Source: Octopus bimaculoides | Lineage: Eukaryota | Direction: 5' to 3' | Length of the DNA stretch: 64,000 nucleotides | NCBI RefSeq assembly: GCF_001194135.2 | Contig: NC_069006.1 | Coordinates: 12,041,174-12,105,173, forward strand | Shown here: positions 41,561-54,059 of the stretch, one piece after another | Numbering within the stretch: the stretch's first letter is position 1 | Layout of the letters: each line of letters starts with the position of its first letter | Notes under the pieces: model-generated | What the model was told of the DNA's origin: nothing | The model's database searches: none | The model's input: only the letters and a program-made list of their open reading frames with translations | Position numbers and translations under genes: made by a program

Positions 41561-42992
41561 TATTAGATGTTTAGAGTGAGTTATCAGACTAGTCACTAAT
41601 TTTTACTGAAGAAACCCAATTGGTCTAGGTGATAACCCCACTAAAATAAACATCAAAATGAAAGGAATAAAATAACAGCTTTCCAAGTTTAACTTGGTGT
41701 TTATTGAACAGGAAAGGTGTGAAATTTAATAAAATGACTTGTTAGATAATAAATGTCTGTAAGGAGGCATAGACAAAGATAGCAAAAGCTTTTATACCAA
41801 AGAGTTGGTAATACATCCATTGACAAACGTTCTATAACAAGAGCAAAAGGTTGCTGCGTTATTCCACATGAATGCTAAATGACATTAAACTAAGTTCAAT
41901 GTCCATGAAGGTTTCTGAATGGACGTTAAAAGTCATGTTTGCTTAGTGAATATAACGTGTGCAAGAAGTAATCACATAGCAGTAACAGTTGTTGGCAGCT
42001 TAGATGCAGTAGAAAAGTAGTGGCATAGATGGCAAAAACAGCATTGCGTCGTGAGTCAGAGATTCCTGGTGACAATTCAGGATGGACTACTCCCTGAGCA
42101 AATTATGATCCTTTTTAAAAGCAAATGGTAGGCTCCACGATATGTGAAAAGATTATCCCGCCAAAATAACATGTAATCCATTTTAGTGGGTCTGATAGGT
42201 TTATTTGGGTGCAATGTTTAGGGTACAGTTTGTGCCTAAAAACTAACCAATCAGAGCAATGGTTACAACTGCTCTTTAAAGACAAATGTTTTCCACTATG
42301 TTTGCACAAAAACTATAAATACAAGGGAGAGAGAAAAGTTTTGTTCCTAATACTTTTGTCTAACCCATTCTGCTACAGATGTATAGTAATGAAATACTAA
42401 AATTACAATAATCTAGGACTGTTATAATTGCCTCTCCTAAAAAGGCCACAAACCCTCTGAAATGGACCTCATACCATGACCATCTCATCTATTACTCAGT
42501 CATAATCTATCTTGGATTTCTTTATTGAATCTGTCCAGTTTGTTGTTTTTGTTGTTGTTTCTGCTGTTTTGTCCCAGGACAGATATGGTGTGACAGTTCT
42601 GTCATCAAAGGTGTTCCAGCCAATGAGTGTTCTGTCTTTTATTCAAACACAGAGTACCCAGGATTACGTTGTGTACGTGTAATTCCTTGTTGTTCCCATT
42701 TGTTTAGCCCTAGGTCAACAGAGCTACACTTAAAAATGTGCCAGCTATGATCATCCTGTCTTTTATTAAAACATAGTGTATCCAGCGCTACATCCTGTAA
42801 TGTGTCATTTCTTGTTCTTGTTGTTGTTATTGGTGGTGGTGGTGGTATTGTAGTATGTTTAGCCCCAGGCCAACTTTTAGCTAATACAGCAATGATCAAA
42901 AATGTTCCAAATGTGACCATCCAATCTTTATTCCGACACACTATATCGAGGATTACATTATCAAATGTGTCTTTGCTTATTGTTGTTGTTGT

Positions 42993-43442
42993 TTAACTGG
43001 TGATTAACCCTAATCCAGCATGACCAAAAGCTCTCCATATGTGAACACCCCGTATATTACTCAGGTATAAAATATCTAGTGTGACTTTATTTAATGTGTC
43101 CATCTTATCTGAAGACGGTAAAGTGAGAAGTGAGGGAGATGTAGCTAAAGTTTCAAACAGATCGACCGATTCCTTAAAGGAGACTTCGTTAACTCCTATA
43201 ATGCAAGTATTTTCAAGGTACATAACTCTATCACGACTAAATAAGAGTGGTGTTTCTTGGAAATAAATTTCATCTTTGAATCTTTAACGGCCGGTAAGAC
43301 ACCTATGCTTGTTTATCCTCTTCTCCTCTACGTTACAGGCGGCGGTACCCGAGTTTGCAACCGATGCAGCAAGGATGGAGTCGAAGAACTTGTCGTTACT
43401 TTCAATTATTGTAATATGTTTCAATATATATTCTTCAATCAT
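42993..43442 (-). pseudogene. Unidentified 150-codon reading frame with one internal stop
   Basis: ATG at 43442, TAA at 43284-43286, same frame continuing to 42993. About 16 CpG in 440 nt, far above the flanks. The product is not recognised. Confidence 0.4.
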
Positions 43443-43465
43443 TCACGAAATTAGAAGCAGCACTC

Positions 43466-43509
<44 letters not shown>

Positions 43510-43522
43510 TATGTAAATATAC

Positions 43523-43563
<41 letters not shown>

Positions 43564-44409
43564 TTTATGAAATTTGATACATGTATTTTCTGATCTTAGC
43601 AGAATAATTGAGTACTTATTGTATTGGTCTCTTTTGCCAAACACACACACACACGTATGTATGTATGTATACAATGGGGTTCTTTCACTCCCTGTCTAAG
43701 CAAACTCAGAAGAGTTAGGTTAGCCTGGAGCTATATGTCTTTTAATGAGGTATTCACTTCTCAATGTTGCCATATGCACAGTGGTGGTGGTGGTGGCAGC
43801 TACTGTTGCTGTTTAGCCCCTAGATCAGCCCCTATCCAACAGATCTATGATCAACAGCATCCTGGCTGTGACTATCCTGTATTCTTATAGGATTATATCA
43901 CCCAGTACATCTCTCTTTATTGAAGATGGTAGGGTATGAGTTTGGAGCAAAATTTGGTTGTTATTTCTAGCAGGTTGAGCTACTTCTTAGTGACTTCTGG
44001 TTTTGGTTTCTCATAGATGTTAAGTAAATACAACCAATAGTATGGTTTACCAATGTACTTACCATCAGTAACACAGTTTACCATTGTAGATACTGACAGT
44101 GGTATAGTTTACTTCAGTAAGTAGATACCAGTTGTGGTGAAGAATGTGAAGAGTTAGAACAAATAATCACAATGTATTTTTCAAGCAAAATTTTATTGGG
44201 TCTCTCAATAAAGACTGACCATACTATTGAAGCAAGGAAATTATAGAAGACAAAAAAAAAGTGTAAGGTCACAGACTTTGCTATACTACCATACCATGTG
44301 ATAATAGAATGGATACCAAAGAAATTGAGAAAATAGAGAAATATCTTAATTACTTGTAGGGACACCATATTTCATGATGCAGCTATAACATACTACAAAG
44401 TATAATCTT

Positions 44410-44825
44410 TTCTACTCAAGGCACAAGGCCTGAAATTTTGGGGGGAGGTGGCCAGTATGCAATTGGTACTTAATTTATCAACCCCCAAAAGGATGAAAGG
44501 CAAAGTCAACCTTGGTGGAATTTGAACTCAGAACATAAAGACAGACGAAATAACACTAAGCATTTCACCTGGTTTGCTAACGTTTCTGTCAGCTTGCCAC
44601 CTTGCCTGTCTTATATATTCTTTTCTACTCTAGGCACAAGGCCCGAAATTTTTAAGGGAGGGGGCCAGTCGATTAGATCAACCCCAATATGCAACTGGTG
44701 CTTAATTTATCGAGCCTGAAAAGATGAAAGGCAAAGTCGACCTCAATAAAATTTGAACTCAGAATGTAAAGATGGACGAAATACCGCTAAGCATTTTGCT
44801 AACATTTCTACCAGCTCACTGCCTT
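44410..44825 (-). mobile_element. Tandem family A SINEs
   Basis: Repeated ttttctactc-aggcacaaggcc-gaaatttt ... gaactcagaa ... ccagctc. Confidence 0.8.
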
Positions 44826-44869
44826 ATACTACAAAATATATTAAACGCTTTATAAGTCAATTCTGTGTT

Positions 44870-45180
44870 AGAAATGCTATTAAATCACTTGTTATGGTTA
44901 TCTTTAGAGATAACCTTAACATAAAAGAAATATCTGGATCAAGGAAGAGAGATAAAGAGACTGTGGAAGACTAAGGGGACAATTATTCCTGTGGTAATTG
45001 GTGCGCTTGGCACCACACTCTGACCCAAACTGTTACCTAAGAGTCAGAAGGATATTAAAAATGAGACATATATTGTTGATCTGCATAAAAGTGCTGTCAA
45101 ATATTCAACAAGAATCCTGAGAAAGATTCTTGAGATCTGAGGAGAATGATTATCATCAAACCTCAGGGACAACAACCTGA
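44870..45180 (+). mobile_element. RLE-type LINE C-terminal remnant (second family)
   Basis: YLDQGREIKRLWKTKGTIIPVVIGALGT...DLHKSAVKYSTRILRKILEI*. Confidence 0.7.
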
Positions 45181-45218
45181 TTAATTAGTATAGTATGTGA
45201 TTTTTTAATATTTTTATG

Positions 45219-45518
45219 CGCCTTTTTGAAGCCTAGCCAGGCTTGTGGGCTCGGTTTCCTGGTTTCTATGGTGTATGTGTTCCCCTCAGCTGGACGAGAT
45301 GCCAGTCCATCGCAGCATTACTCAAGAAACAGGAAGAAAGAGTGAGAGAAAGTTGGGGCGAAAGAGTACAACAGGGGTCGCCATTACCCCCTGCCAGAGC
45401 CTCATGGAGCTTTAGGTGTTTTCACTCAATAAACACACACAATGCACAGTCTGGGTATCAAAACCGTGATCCTCTGACCGTGAGTCTGCTGCCCTAACCA
45501 CTGGGCCATTGCGCCTCC
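45219..45518 (-). mobile_element. tRNA-SINE family D head with an alternative 3' tail
   Basis: The head and body match 55166-55355 up to ttcctgtttct, then diverge. Confidence 0.8.
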
Positions 45519-45752
45519 TATAGTATTTGATAGCTTCATAATAATAATAATAATGGTTTCTAATTTAGGCACAAGGTCAGCAATTTTTAAAGGAGACAAT
45601 TACTTTAACTGGTACTTTATATTGTTGACCCAACCAAAAGGATGAAATGTGAAGTTGACCTTGGTGAGATTTCAACTTAGAATGTAAGGAACTAGAGCAA
45701 GTACTACAATGCATTTTTCCCAAAATTTTGACATTTCTTCCAGCTTGATGCC

Positions 45753-45809
<57 letters not shown>

Positions 45810-46202
45810 ATAATAATAATAATAATAATAATTTCTTTGATTAGCCACTGGGACATTAGATGAGGGGTACATCTCAAGAACAGTAAACAATTTGTCTCAG
45901 GGTTTACCTAAAAGATGAAGAAAAAGAAACTAAAAAGACAGTGAAATGCAATAAAAGTACACATGGTATACAAAGTATGTGATAACATAAATGATGCAGT
46001 CCTCCTGATACAGAAGAAACTCCAATCAGAGCCAGGATTAACTCGACTACCAAAGGCATGAGCCCTATCTCAACTATTATTCTCAAATCTATAGGTGCAT
46101 GCTTAGAGTAGGGCCATTCACCTTCACCATTTTTGCCACAATCTCCCATCTTATTACAAATTTATTAGGAGGTAGCACTTCCTTCACTACTCTCATTTTC
46201 CT

Positions 46203-46431
46203 TTAACCCTTTCGATACCAACCCGGCTGAAACCACCTTTGGCTCTGAGTACAAATGTCATGTTTTCAAAAGTTCTGAATTAAAATCTTCCACCAAACCT
46301 TAGTCACAATTTATGTTCCTAACACTAGCTTAATGATAAATAAGTTATTTTACTAAATCCTTTGTTATATTTAAAATTGTTTGAAAGAAACACAGCACAC
46401 CTTAACAGAAATATGGTAACAAAAGGGTTAA
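46203..46431 (+). mobile_element. Well-preserved piggyBac-type MITE
   Basis: TTAA-ccctttcgatacca ... tggtaacaaaaggg-TTAA: 14-nt imperfect TIRs with TTAA on both sides. Confidence 0.85.
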
Positions 46432-46439
46432 AAAGTTAA

Positions 46440-46720
46440 CAAGGGCTTAACCAAAAAGGAAAGGTGTCTTTCCTTAATCCTTTCAGCCTTGTATAGCACT
46501 AGACCACCTGCCCTGCCTTGTTAAAGGTGGGTTGTGAGGCAATCCTCATGATGGATACAACTGACAGTTGGATTTGTCCAGTATCCAATAACAGCTGTTC
46601 AGTATAACTCTACAAGTCAGCAATATTTGGATGATGCACAATTGCATGCATCTCAGACAGTCCTATCTAGCAGTGCTTCTGTTCTTGGAGAGTTTATCTC
46701 AAACCAAAAGTGCTAGGCCA
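46440..46720 (-). mobile_element. Tx1/L1-like LINE fragment
   Basis: Nucleotide similarity to 3690-3900 (cctttcagccttgt...ttaaagg..gttgtgaggcaatc). Confidence 0.5.
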
Positions 46721-46769
46721 GGCCAGGGATTAAAAAAAAAAAAAAATTTTAATAAAAAATAAAAAAATA

Positions 46770-47200
46770 AAAATCATGCCTCCTCATTGATATGACTGTC
46801 CCAATCAATATAAACATATCTGTCAAGACCTACCAAAAACTGAGCAAGTATAAAGATCTTGAAATAGAAATTAGCAAAATGTGGAACCTGAAGACTAAAA
46901 CAATACCTGTTGTCATAGGTGCTCTAGGAATGATAGCAAAAGGGGCTGATTGCTACCTAGCTCAGATACCAGGAAACCCCCATATCCTACGTAAAATACT
47001 ATGCAATCTCAAATTTTAAAACAAACTCATTATTTTCTTATGGTTTCTTAAACATTCTCTAGAACAGCACTATGTACGAAACCAAATATATGGCACCCTA
47101 GGCATAACATCTACATGAACTTCTAACTTGTTGCCTCTTGAGGTCTCTGGATGAGACTTGGAGCCAACTTGTACAAATGCAAAGCAAAAGTCAAATATAA
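46770..47200 (+). mobile_element. RLE-type LINE 3' end (third family) with (AAT)n tail
   Basis: LIDMTVPININISVKTYQKLSKYKDLEIEISKMWNLKTKTIPVVIGALGMI. Confidence 0.8.
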
Positions 47201-47369
47201 AATAATAATAATAATAATCCTTTCTACTATAGGTACAAGGCCTGAAATTTGGGGGAGGGGTCAGTCGATTATATCATCCCCAGTACTCAACTGGTACTTA
47301 ATTTACTGACCCCAAAAGGATGAAAGGCAAGTTGACCTTGGTGGAATTTGAACTCAGAATATAGCGTTA

Positions 47370-47880
47370 ACTGATTGGAAGTGTTATCATGTATGTTTTG
47401 TCTTGGTATAAAAGATGGGCTACAGCAAATATTCTACTCAATATCACAAATTTGTTTGTCAGTTGCTTGACCTTAACCAGTTGACCATGTCCATTGGTGG
47501 CTAATGATATGTGCATCTCTGATCATGAGCAGAAGTAGCCATGTGTTGAGAGGAATTCTTTGGGGTTTGAATAATTCACCTGTGGAAACATGGGTGTTTC
47601 ATTTATCATCCTTAAACAAACCTTATTCAAGGACTTTATGAGTGGAATGGGCTTCTCAATTTGAAGAAAATGCTAACTGGGCCTCACCTGCAAGGTCATG
47701 GGCTATTTATCCTGATATGAGATGACCACGTTGTGCTCATATGGTTGTGGTGCATGTGCCTGGTGTATCCTTATCAGACAGGTAGTCATGATGGGTATAT
47801 TGGGCTTCAGATATTTGTACCCCAGTGTCACTTTGATGGCATATGCTGCTCTCTCACTCAATATTAATAATAATAATAAT
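47370..47880 (+). mobile_element. ~500-nt interspersed repeat ending in (AAT)n; second copy at 53300-53815
   Basis: The two copies are collinear and clearly similar by eye. Probably a non-LTR retroelement 3' end (inference). Confidence 0.7.
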
Positions 47881-47894
47881 AAATTCCTTATTTT

Positions 47895-48530
47895 AACACA
47901 AGGCCAGTAATTTTGAGTGGAAGGGGAAGTCAATTACATCATCTTCAATGTTTAACTGGTATTTGTTTTACCAACCCTGACAGGATGAAATCAATCTCAG
48001 CTGTATTTGAACTCAAAATGCATGAGACAGAAGAAAGGTTGCCAAGCAATTTGTCTGTCACACTGATGATTCTACCAGCTTGCTGCCTTAATAGTAATAA
48101 TAATAATAATAATTTCTACTAGTCAATTAAAGTGCTCAGATGGTACTTATTTCATTGACCCCAAGAGGATAAACAGCAAAGTCGATCTCAGTGGAATTTG
48201 AACTCAGACTGTAAAGCCATAAATTCCACTAGGCATTTTGTCCGGTTTGCTAATGATTCTGCCAGTTCATTATCCTAATAATACTAAAAATAATAGTAAT
48301 GATGATGATTTCAGATTTTGGCACAAGGCCAGAAATTTTAGGGGAAGGGGCTAGTTGATTACATCAACTCCGGTACTGAGCTGGTACATATCTTATCGAC
48401 CTTGAAAGGATAAAAAGCAAAGTCAACCTCAGCAGAATTTGAACTCAGAATGTAAAGATGGGCAAAATGCTACTAAGCATTTTGCCTAGCGTACTAGTGA
48501 TTCTGCCAGCTTGCTACTTTACATAATCAT
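47895..48530 (-). mobile_element. Chain of family A SINEs joined by (AAT)n/(GAT)n
   Basis: Three successive SINE bodies in the same orientation. Confidence 0.8.
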
Positions 48531-48699
48531 AATAATAATCTTTTCTATATTCACTACTGAGGGTTTATATAAAAGATTGGGGATAGCACAGGACAACACA
48601 ACACAAAAAAAGTGGGATTTAATTGTGTAAAAAGGTAATAATAAAACTATAACAAATAAATTCCCCAAAGAGGTAGGCTTCCAAAGGTTGCTCATGGAA

Positions 48700-49200
48700 A
48701 CTCCACCAAAACCACGATCGCCCTAACCTCTAGGGCATATGCCCTCTCCACTTCATCTACCTTCGATCTAGAGGCATGTGCTTAGAGTAGGCCCGTTCAT
48801 TTGGGCCATTTGCACAATATTCAGCCACCTTTTAACAAAATTGCTGGGAGGCAACACTTCCCTCTCAACCCTCACTTTCTTTTTCAAGAGAAACATGAAA
48901 AAGTTGATGAGAGTTTGGCCAAACAGGAAAATGTCTGTCTTCAGCCCTTTCAACCTGGTCCACCACACAACCTCTTTTGCTAAAATCAAAGAAACACTGC
49001 CTGCCCTTCCCAGCTTAAGGAACGTGGCAGAGCAATCTTTGCAAAGGACTCAGCTGATGGCCCAGTCCATCCTACATGTGACAGCAGGATTCAACATAAA
49101 TCTACAAGTTAGCAATGCTTGGGCATTGGACAAGAGCTTGCAGGATAGTTTTGTCACTCTGCTCACACCTCACTCTTGCCCAGCTGACAGCACTTCCATG
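48700..49200 (-). mobile_element. Tx1/L1-like LINE C-terminal remnant
   Basis: AKEVVWWTRLKGLKTDIFLFGQTLINFFMFLLKKKVRVEREVL, similar to 3600-3750. Confidence 0.55.
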
Positions 49201-49605
49201 CTTGTAGAGTTTATCCCGCTGTCTGTGTGTATATGTATATATATAGTTTTAGGGAAAATTGAGTTTTTACCTGTAATTTTGGATTTTTATCCCTAATATT
49301 ATTNNNNNNNNNNNNNNNNNNNNNNNNNNNNNNNNNNNNNNNNNNNNNNNNNNNNNNNNNNNNNATATATATATATATATATATACATACATACATACAC
49401 ACATTTGTATCGTGGATGATATTTTCAGCTGTTACAACTATATCTGATTCTTTAAGTGCATCAATTCTGTTTATTTACATAAATTTACCAGATTGCTGAC
49501 ATTTATCAATGGTTTATCCCATTCGTGTTGATGCTCCATTTTGTATCATTAATAAAATTGTTGGCATTTTTGACAACACAGGTATGCTAATGATAATAAT
49601 AATAA

Positions 49606-50204
49606 CTAGCTGGATCCGTGAAAAAGTTACAGAAAACAAAACATGTAAGCATCTGTAAACAGTGTACTGGTGTCATGAGAAATGTTTGCATATTATGACT
49701 GTGTGTCTTTACGTTCTGACTTCAAATTCTGCCAAGGTCGACTTTACCATTCATCCTTTCAGGGTCGATAAATTAAGCACCAGTTGTGTAATGGGGTAGA
49801 TCAGACGCAGGAAAGTATATTGTGACAGTTACAGAATAGAGAAAGTAATGTAACACCAATAACTATATAATCCAACCAAAATGTCTCAGTTACACAAACA
49901 TAAACAGAATTACTATTTAACCTTAAAATACATCGTACTTATTCAAAGAACCTTCTTGGTTTAGTGGTATTCTTTTATTCTTTTACTTGTTTCAGTCATT
50001 TGATGGTGGCCATGCTGGGGTACCACCCTTTAGTCGAAGAAATTGACCCCTGGACTTATTCCCTGTAAGTCTGGTGCTTATTCTATCAGTCTCTTCTGCT
50101 GAACAGCTAAATTACAGGGACACAAACGCACCAACATTGGTTGTCAAGCAATGATGGTGGTGGTGGGACACAGACACAAACACACACAAACATACATACA
50201 TACA

Positions 50205-50240
<36 letters not shown>

Positions 50241-51110
50241 TATATATATGACGGGCTTAAAGGTGGTGGTGAGGCTGGCTGGTGCAATTTTGTAGTTTGC
50301 TGGTATGCTGAGAGAGATCCAGCGGGTCCCTAACTGGTTCCCCAATCTTAAAGGTGTAATGTAGATGTGTAATGATGGAGTGGCTGGTGTGGTGGTGATG
50401 CTAGCTGGTGTGGTGTGGATGCTAGCTGGTGCGGTGGTCTTCCTCACAGTACTTCATGGTAGAACAACATTTTGTGTGTATGTCACTCCACGTTTTTGGC
50501 CTTGTCTGTTATCCTAGTTGAGTATCAACTCTTACTTTGATATTGTTCATAGCTCGTGTTCTTGAAAATGCAACATATAATTGGCCATGGGAAAATACCA
50601 GTTGAGGCAAATGTAGTCCAACATTTTCAAATGCTTTCCCTTGAGCCTTATTATCATTGAATATGCAAGTCAAAGTGGAAACTGAAGTCTGTTGAGTTTG
50701 AATGGAATATTTGCATCACTTGGGTTAAGTTTAATTTTGAGAATTAGAACTGTACGACCTCTGTTGTAGACTGTTACCAATGATGCCTCTACACAATGTT
50801 CATGAAGTCTTTGCACTTTCATGTGAGTTCCATTACATAATCCTTGACTGATCAAAGGATTTCTTAGCAGCATTACAATAGCCCCTACTTTTAAGTTGAG
50901 GCCATGTGGAGGCATATCAGATGGAGTGAATGAGTTTATGAATTCAACTGGATAGTTCTGAACCTCCTCTTCATTATTGCAGGACACCAAATCTGTGCTT
51001 AAGTACATTTTAAGTGCCTCTGGTATAATATTAAGAACTTTTTCATTTATTGCAAGACAGAATTTTTAGGAGATAAAATTACTTGTTTTTCCATTTCTTC
51101 TGGTGTGCAG
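49606..51110 (-). mobile_element. Helitron remnant: PIF1-like helicase C-terminus (about 50443-51110) plus 3' terminus
   Basis: NYPVEFINS.TPS.MPPH.L.LKVGAIVMLLRN..ISQGLCNGT; QFPL*LAY.M..NKAQG..F..VGL.L...VFSHGQLYVAFSR; TQNVV.HEVL*. The 3' end is a decayed hairpin ctgtaa-cttt-tcacgg followed by CTAG-T at 49606-49632. Confidence 0.85.
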
Positions 51111-52290
51111 TTGTTGAAAATTTAGAGGTACATCATCATCATCATCATCATCATCGTTTAACGTCCGCTTTCCATGCTAGCATGGGTTGGACGATTTGAC
51201 TGAGGACTGGTGAAACCGGATGGCAACACCAGGCTCCAATCTAAATTTGGCAGAGTTTCTACAGCTGGATGCCCTTCCTAACGCCAAATGTACAAATTGA
51301 AATACAAAAGAACAAAATAATAAATGGATTTATGAATGGAAGTTTGGTAATTGTATTTATTTCCACCACGTGACACTTATTATTGCAAATGTTTTAACAA
51401 ACCTAAACTATACACACACACAAANNNNNNNNNNNNNNNNNNNNNNNNNNNNNNNNNNNNNNNNNNNNNNNNNNNNNNNNNNNNNNNNNNNNNNNNNNNN
51501 NNNNNNNNNNNNNNNNNNNNNNNNNNNNNNNNNNNNNNNNNNNNNNNNNNNNNNNNNNNNNNNNNNNNNNNNNNNNNNNNNNNNNNNNNNNNNNNNNNNN
51601 NNNNNNNNNNNNNNNNNNNNNNNNNNNNNNNNNNNNNNNNNNNNNNNNNNNNNNNNNNNNNNNNNNNNNNNNNNNNNNNNNNNNNNNNNNNNNNNATATA
51701 TATGTTTCGAGTTGTAGATGTAATTCAAAGAGGCCAGCCTTGTCATATTCTGTGTGAGGTTGAATCTCCCTGAGAACTACGTTAATGTTATGCATGTCTG
51801 TGGAGTACTCAGCCATTTGTGAGTTAATTTTATCCTCCTGTTGTAATGAGAAGTGAAATTGACAGCCAATACTTGCTGTGTCTATGTATCTATGTATCCA
51901 CTGTCTCTCTCTCACTTTCTCTTTCACTTCATTTGTGTCCCTCTTCTCTCCTGCTTTTGATTTAACAATGTGTATATGTATCTATGTATCTATTTCTCTT
52001 GCGATGTGATAAACATTTAAAAACACAAAACAAACGCCATCACCACTCACTGTCTCTTTCACTTTCTCTCTTTCTCTCTCACGCTCTCACTTTCTCTCTC
52101 ACGCTCTCACTTNNNNNNNNNNNNNNNNNNNNNNNNNNNNNNNNNNNNNNNNNNNNNNNNNNNNNNNNNNNNNNNNNNNNNNNNNNNNNNNNNNNNNNNN
52201 NNNNNNNNNNNNNNNNNNNNNNNNNNNNNNNNNNNNNNNNNNNNNNNNNNNNNNNNNNNNNNNNNNNNNNNNNNNNNNNNNNNNNNNNNN

Positions 52291-52339
<49 letters not shown>

Positions 52340-52579
52340 TACGTCCTCTCTCAAACATTTAAAAACACAAAATGAATGCCGTCACCACTCACTGTCTCTT
52401 TCACTTTCTCTCTTTCTCTCTCACGCTCTCACTTTCTCTCTCACGCTCTCACTTTCTCTTTCTCTCTTCCTCTCTGTCCTCCTCTCTCTCGCTTTGCCAC
52501 TTCTTTGAAGTAAGTGTGACTCACACAACAGGTACGTACAAAAACAAAAAGTTAGTGTATTAATATTATTGATAATAAT

Positions 52580-53290
52580 CCTTTCACTGGTACTTGATTT
52601 ATCAACCTCGAAAGGATGAAAGGCAAAGTTGACCCCTGTGGAATTGAACTCAGAATGTAAAGGTGGACGAAACGCTGCTAAACATTTTGCCTAGCATCCT
52701 AACGATTCTGCCAGCTCTCTGCCTAGAAGAAGAAGAAGAAGAAGAAGAAGAATTGTTTCTAATTTAGGTACAAGGCCAACTATTTTGTGAGGAAGGGGCT
52801 AATAGTACTCAACTTGAGTACTTAATTAGTACTTTATTTCATTGACCTTGCAAGGCATTTTATTTCTGACAGTCTAATGATTCAGTGGGTTTGCAGTGGA
52901 AGTAGTAGTAGTAGTCTTCATAATTTTGGCATAAATCCAGCAATTTTGTGGGACGGGGTAAACAGATTACATCGACCCCATTACTTGATTAGTACTTTAT
53001 TCTCTTGACCCTGAAAAAATGAAAAATAAAGTTGACCTCAGTGAAATTTGAATTCAGAAACTCAGAACATAACCCTTTCTACTATAGGAACAAGGCCTGG
53101 AATTTGTGGGGTGGGGGATAGTTGATAACATTGATCCCAGTACTTGACTGATACTTATTCTATTGACCCCGAAAGGACGAAAGGCAAAATCAACCTTGAC
53201 AGAATTTGAACTCAGAATATAAAAATGGATGAAACACCACTAAGCATTTTGTCCAGTGTGCTAATGATTCTGCTAGTTCACCACCTTAAT
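52580..53290 (-). mobile_element. Chain of about four family A SINEs
   Basis: Repeated bodies in the same orientation separated by (GAA)n/(AGT)n/(AAT)n. Confidence 0.8.
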
Positions 53291-54003
53291 AATAATAATC
53301 ATGGCTTTTGATCTTAACTGATTGGAAGTGTCATCATGTCTTGGTATAAAAGATGGGTTACAGCAGATATTCTGCTCAGTACCACAGATTTGCTTGACCT
53401 TAACGAGTTGAGCATGTGCCTTAGTGGCTGACAATATGTGCATCTTTGATCATGCGCAGAAATAGTGGAAGAGCATCATAGCCATGTGTTGAGAGGAACT
53501 CTTTGGAGTTTGAATAATTCACCTGTGGAAGCATGGGTGTTTTGTTCAACATCCTTAAACAACCCTTATTCAGGGACCTTTTGAGCAGGATGGGCTCCTC
53601 AATTTGACGAAAATTCTAACTGGGCCCCACCTGCAAGGTCATGATCTGTTTATCTTTATATGAGATGACCATGTGAAGCACATATGGTTGTGATGCATGT
53701 GCCTGGTGTACCCTTATCAGACAGATAGTTATGATGGGTATACTGAGCTGCATGTATTTTACCCCAGTGTCACCTTGATGGCATGCACTGCTCTCTCACA
53801 TAATAATGATAATAATACTTTCTACTATAGACGCAAGGCCTGAAATTATTTGGGGAGAGGGCTAGACTGATACTATTTTATTAAACCTGAAAGGATGAAA
53901 GGCAATGTCAGCCTCAGTGGAATTTGAATTCAGAATGTAAAGACAGACAAAATGCAGCAAAATATTTTGTCTAATGTACTAAGTTCTACCAGCTCACCAC
54001 CTT

Positions 54004-54044
<41 letters not shown>

Positions 54045-54059
54045 TAATAATAATAACAA

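Noticed and set aside
41760-42100. Faint hAT-dimerisation-like peptide on the minus strand
   Set aside because: Similarity too weak to support by eye.
52012-52460. ~100-nt direct repeat on both sides of the 52113-52290 gap
   Set aside because: Near-identical sequence flanking a gap is most likely a scaffolding or haplotype artefact.
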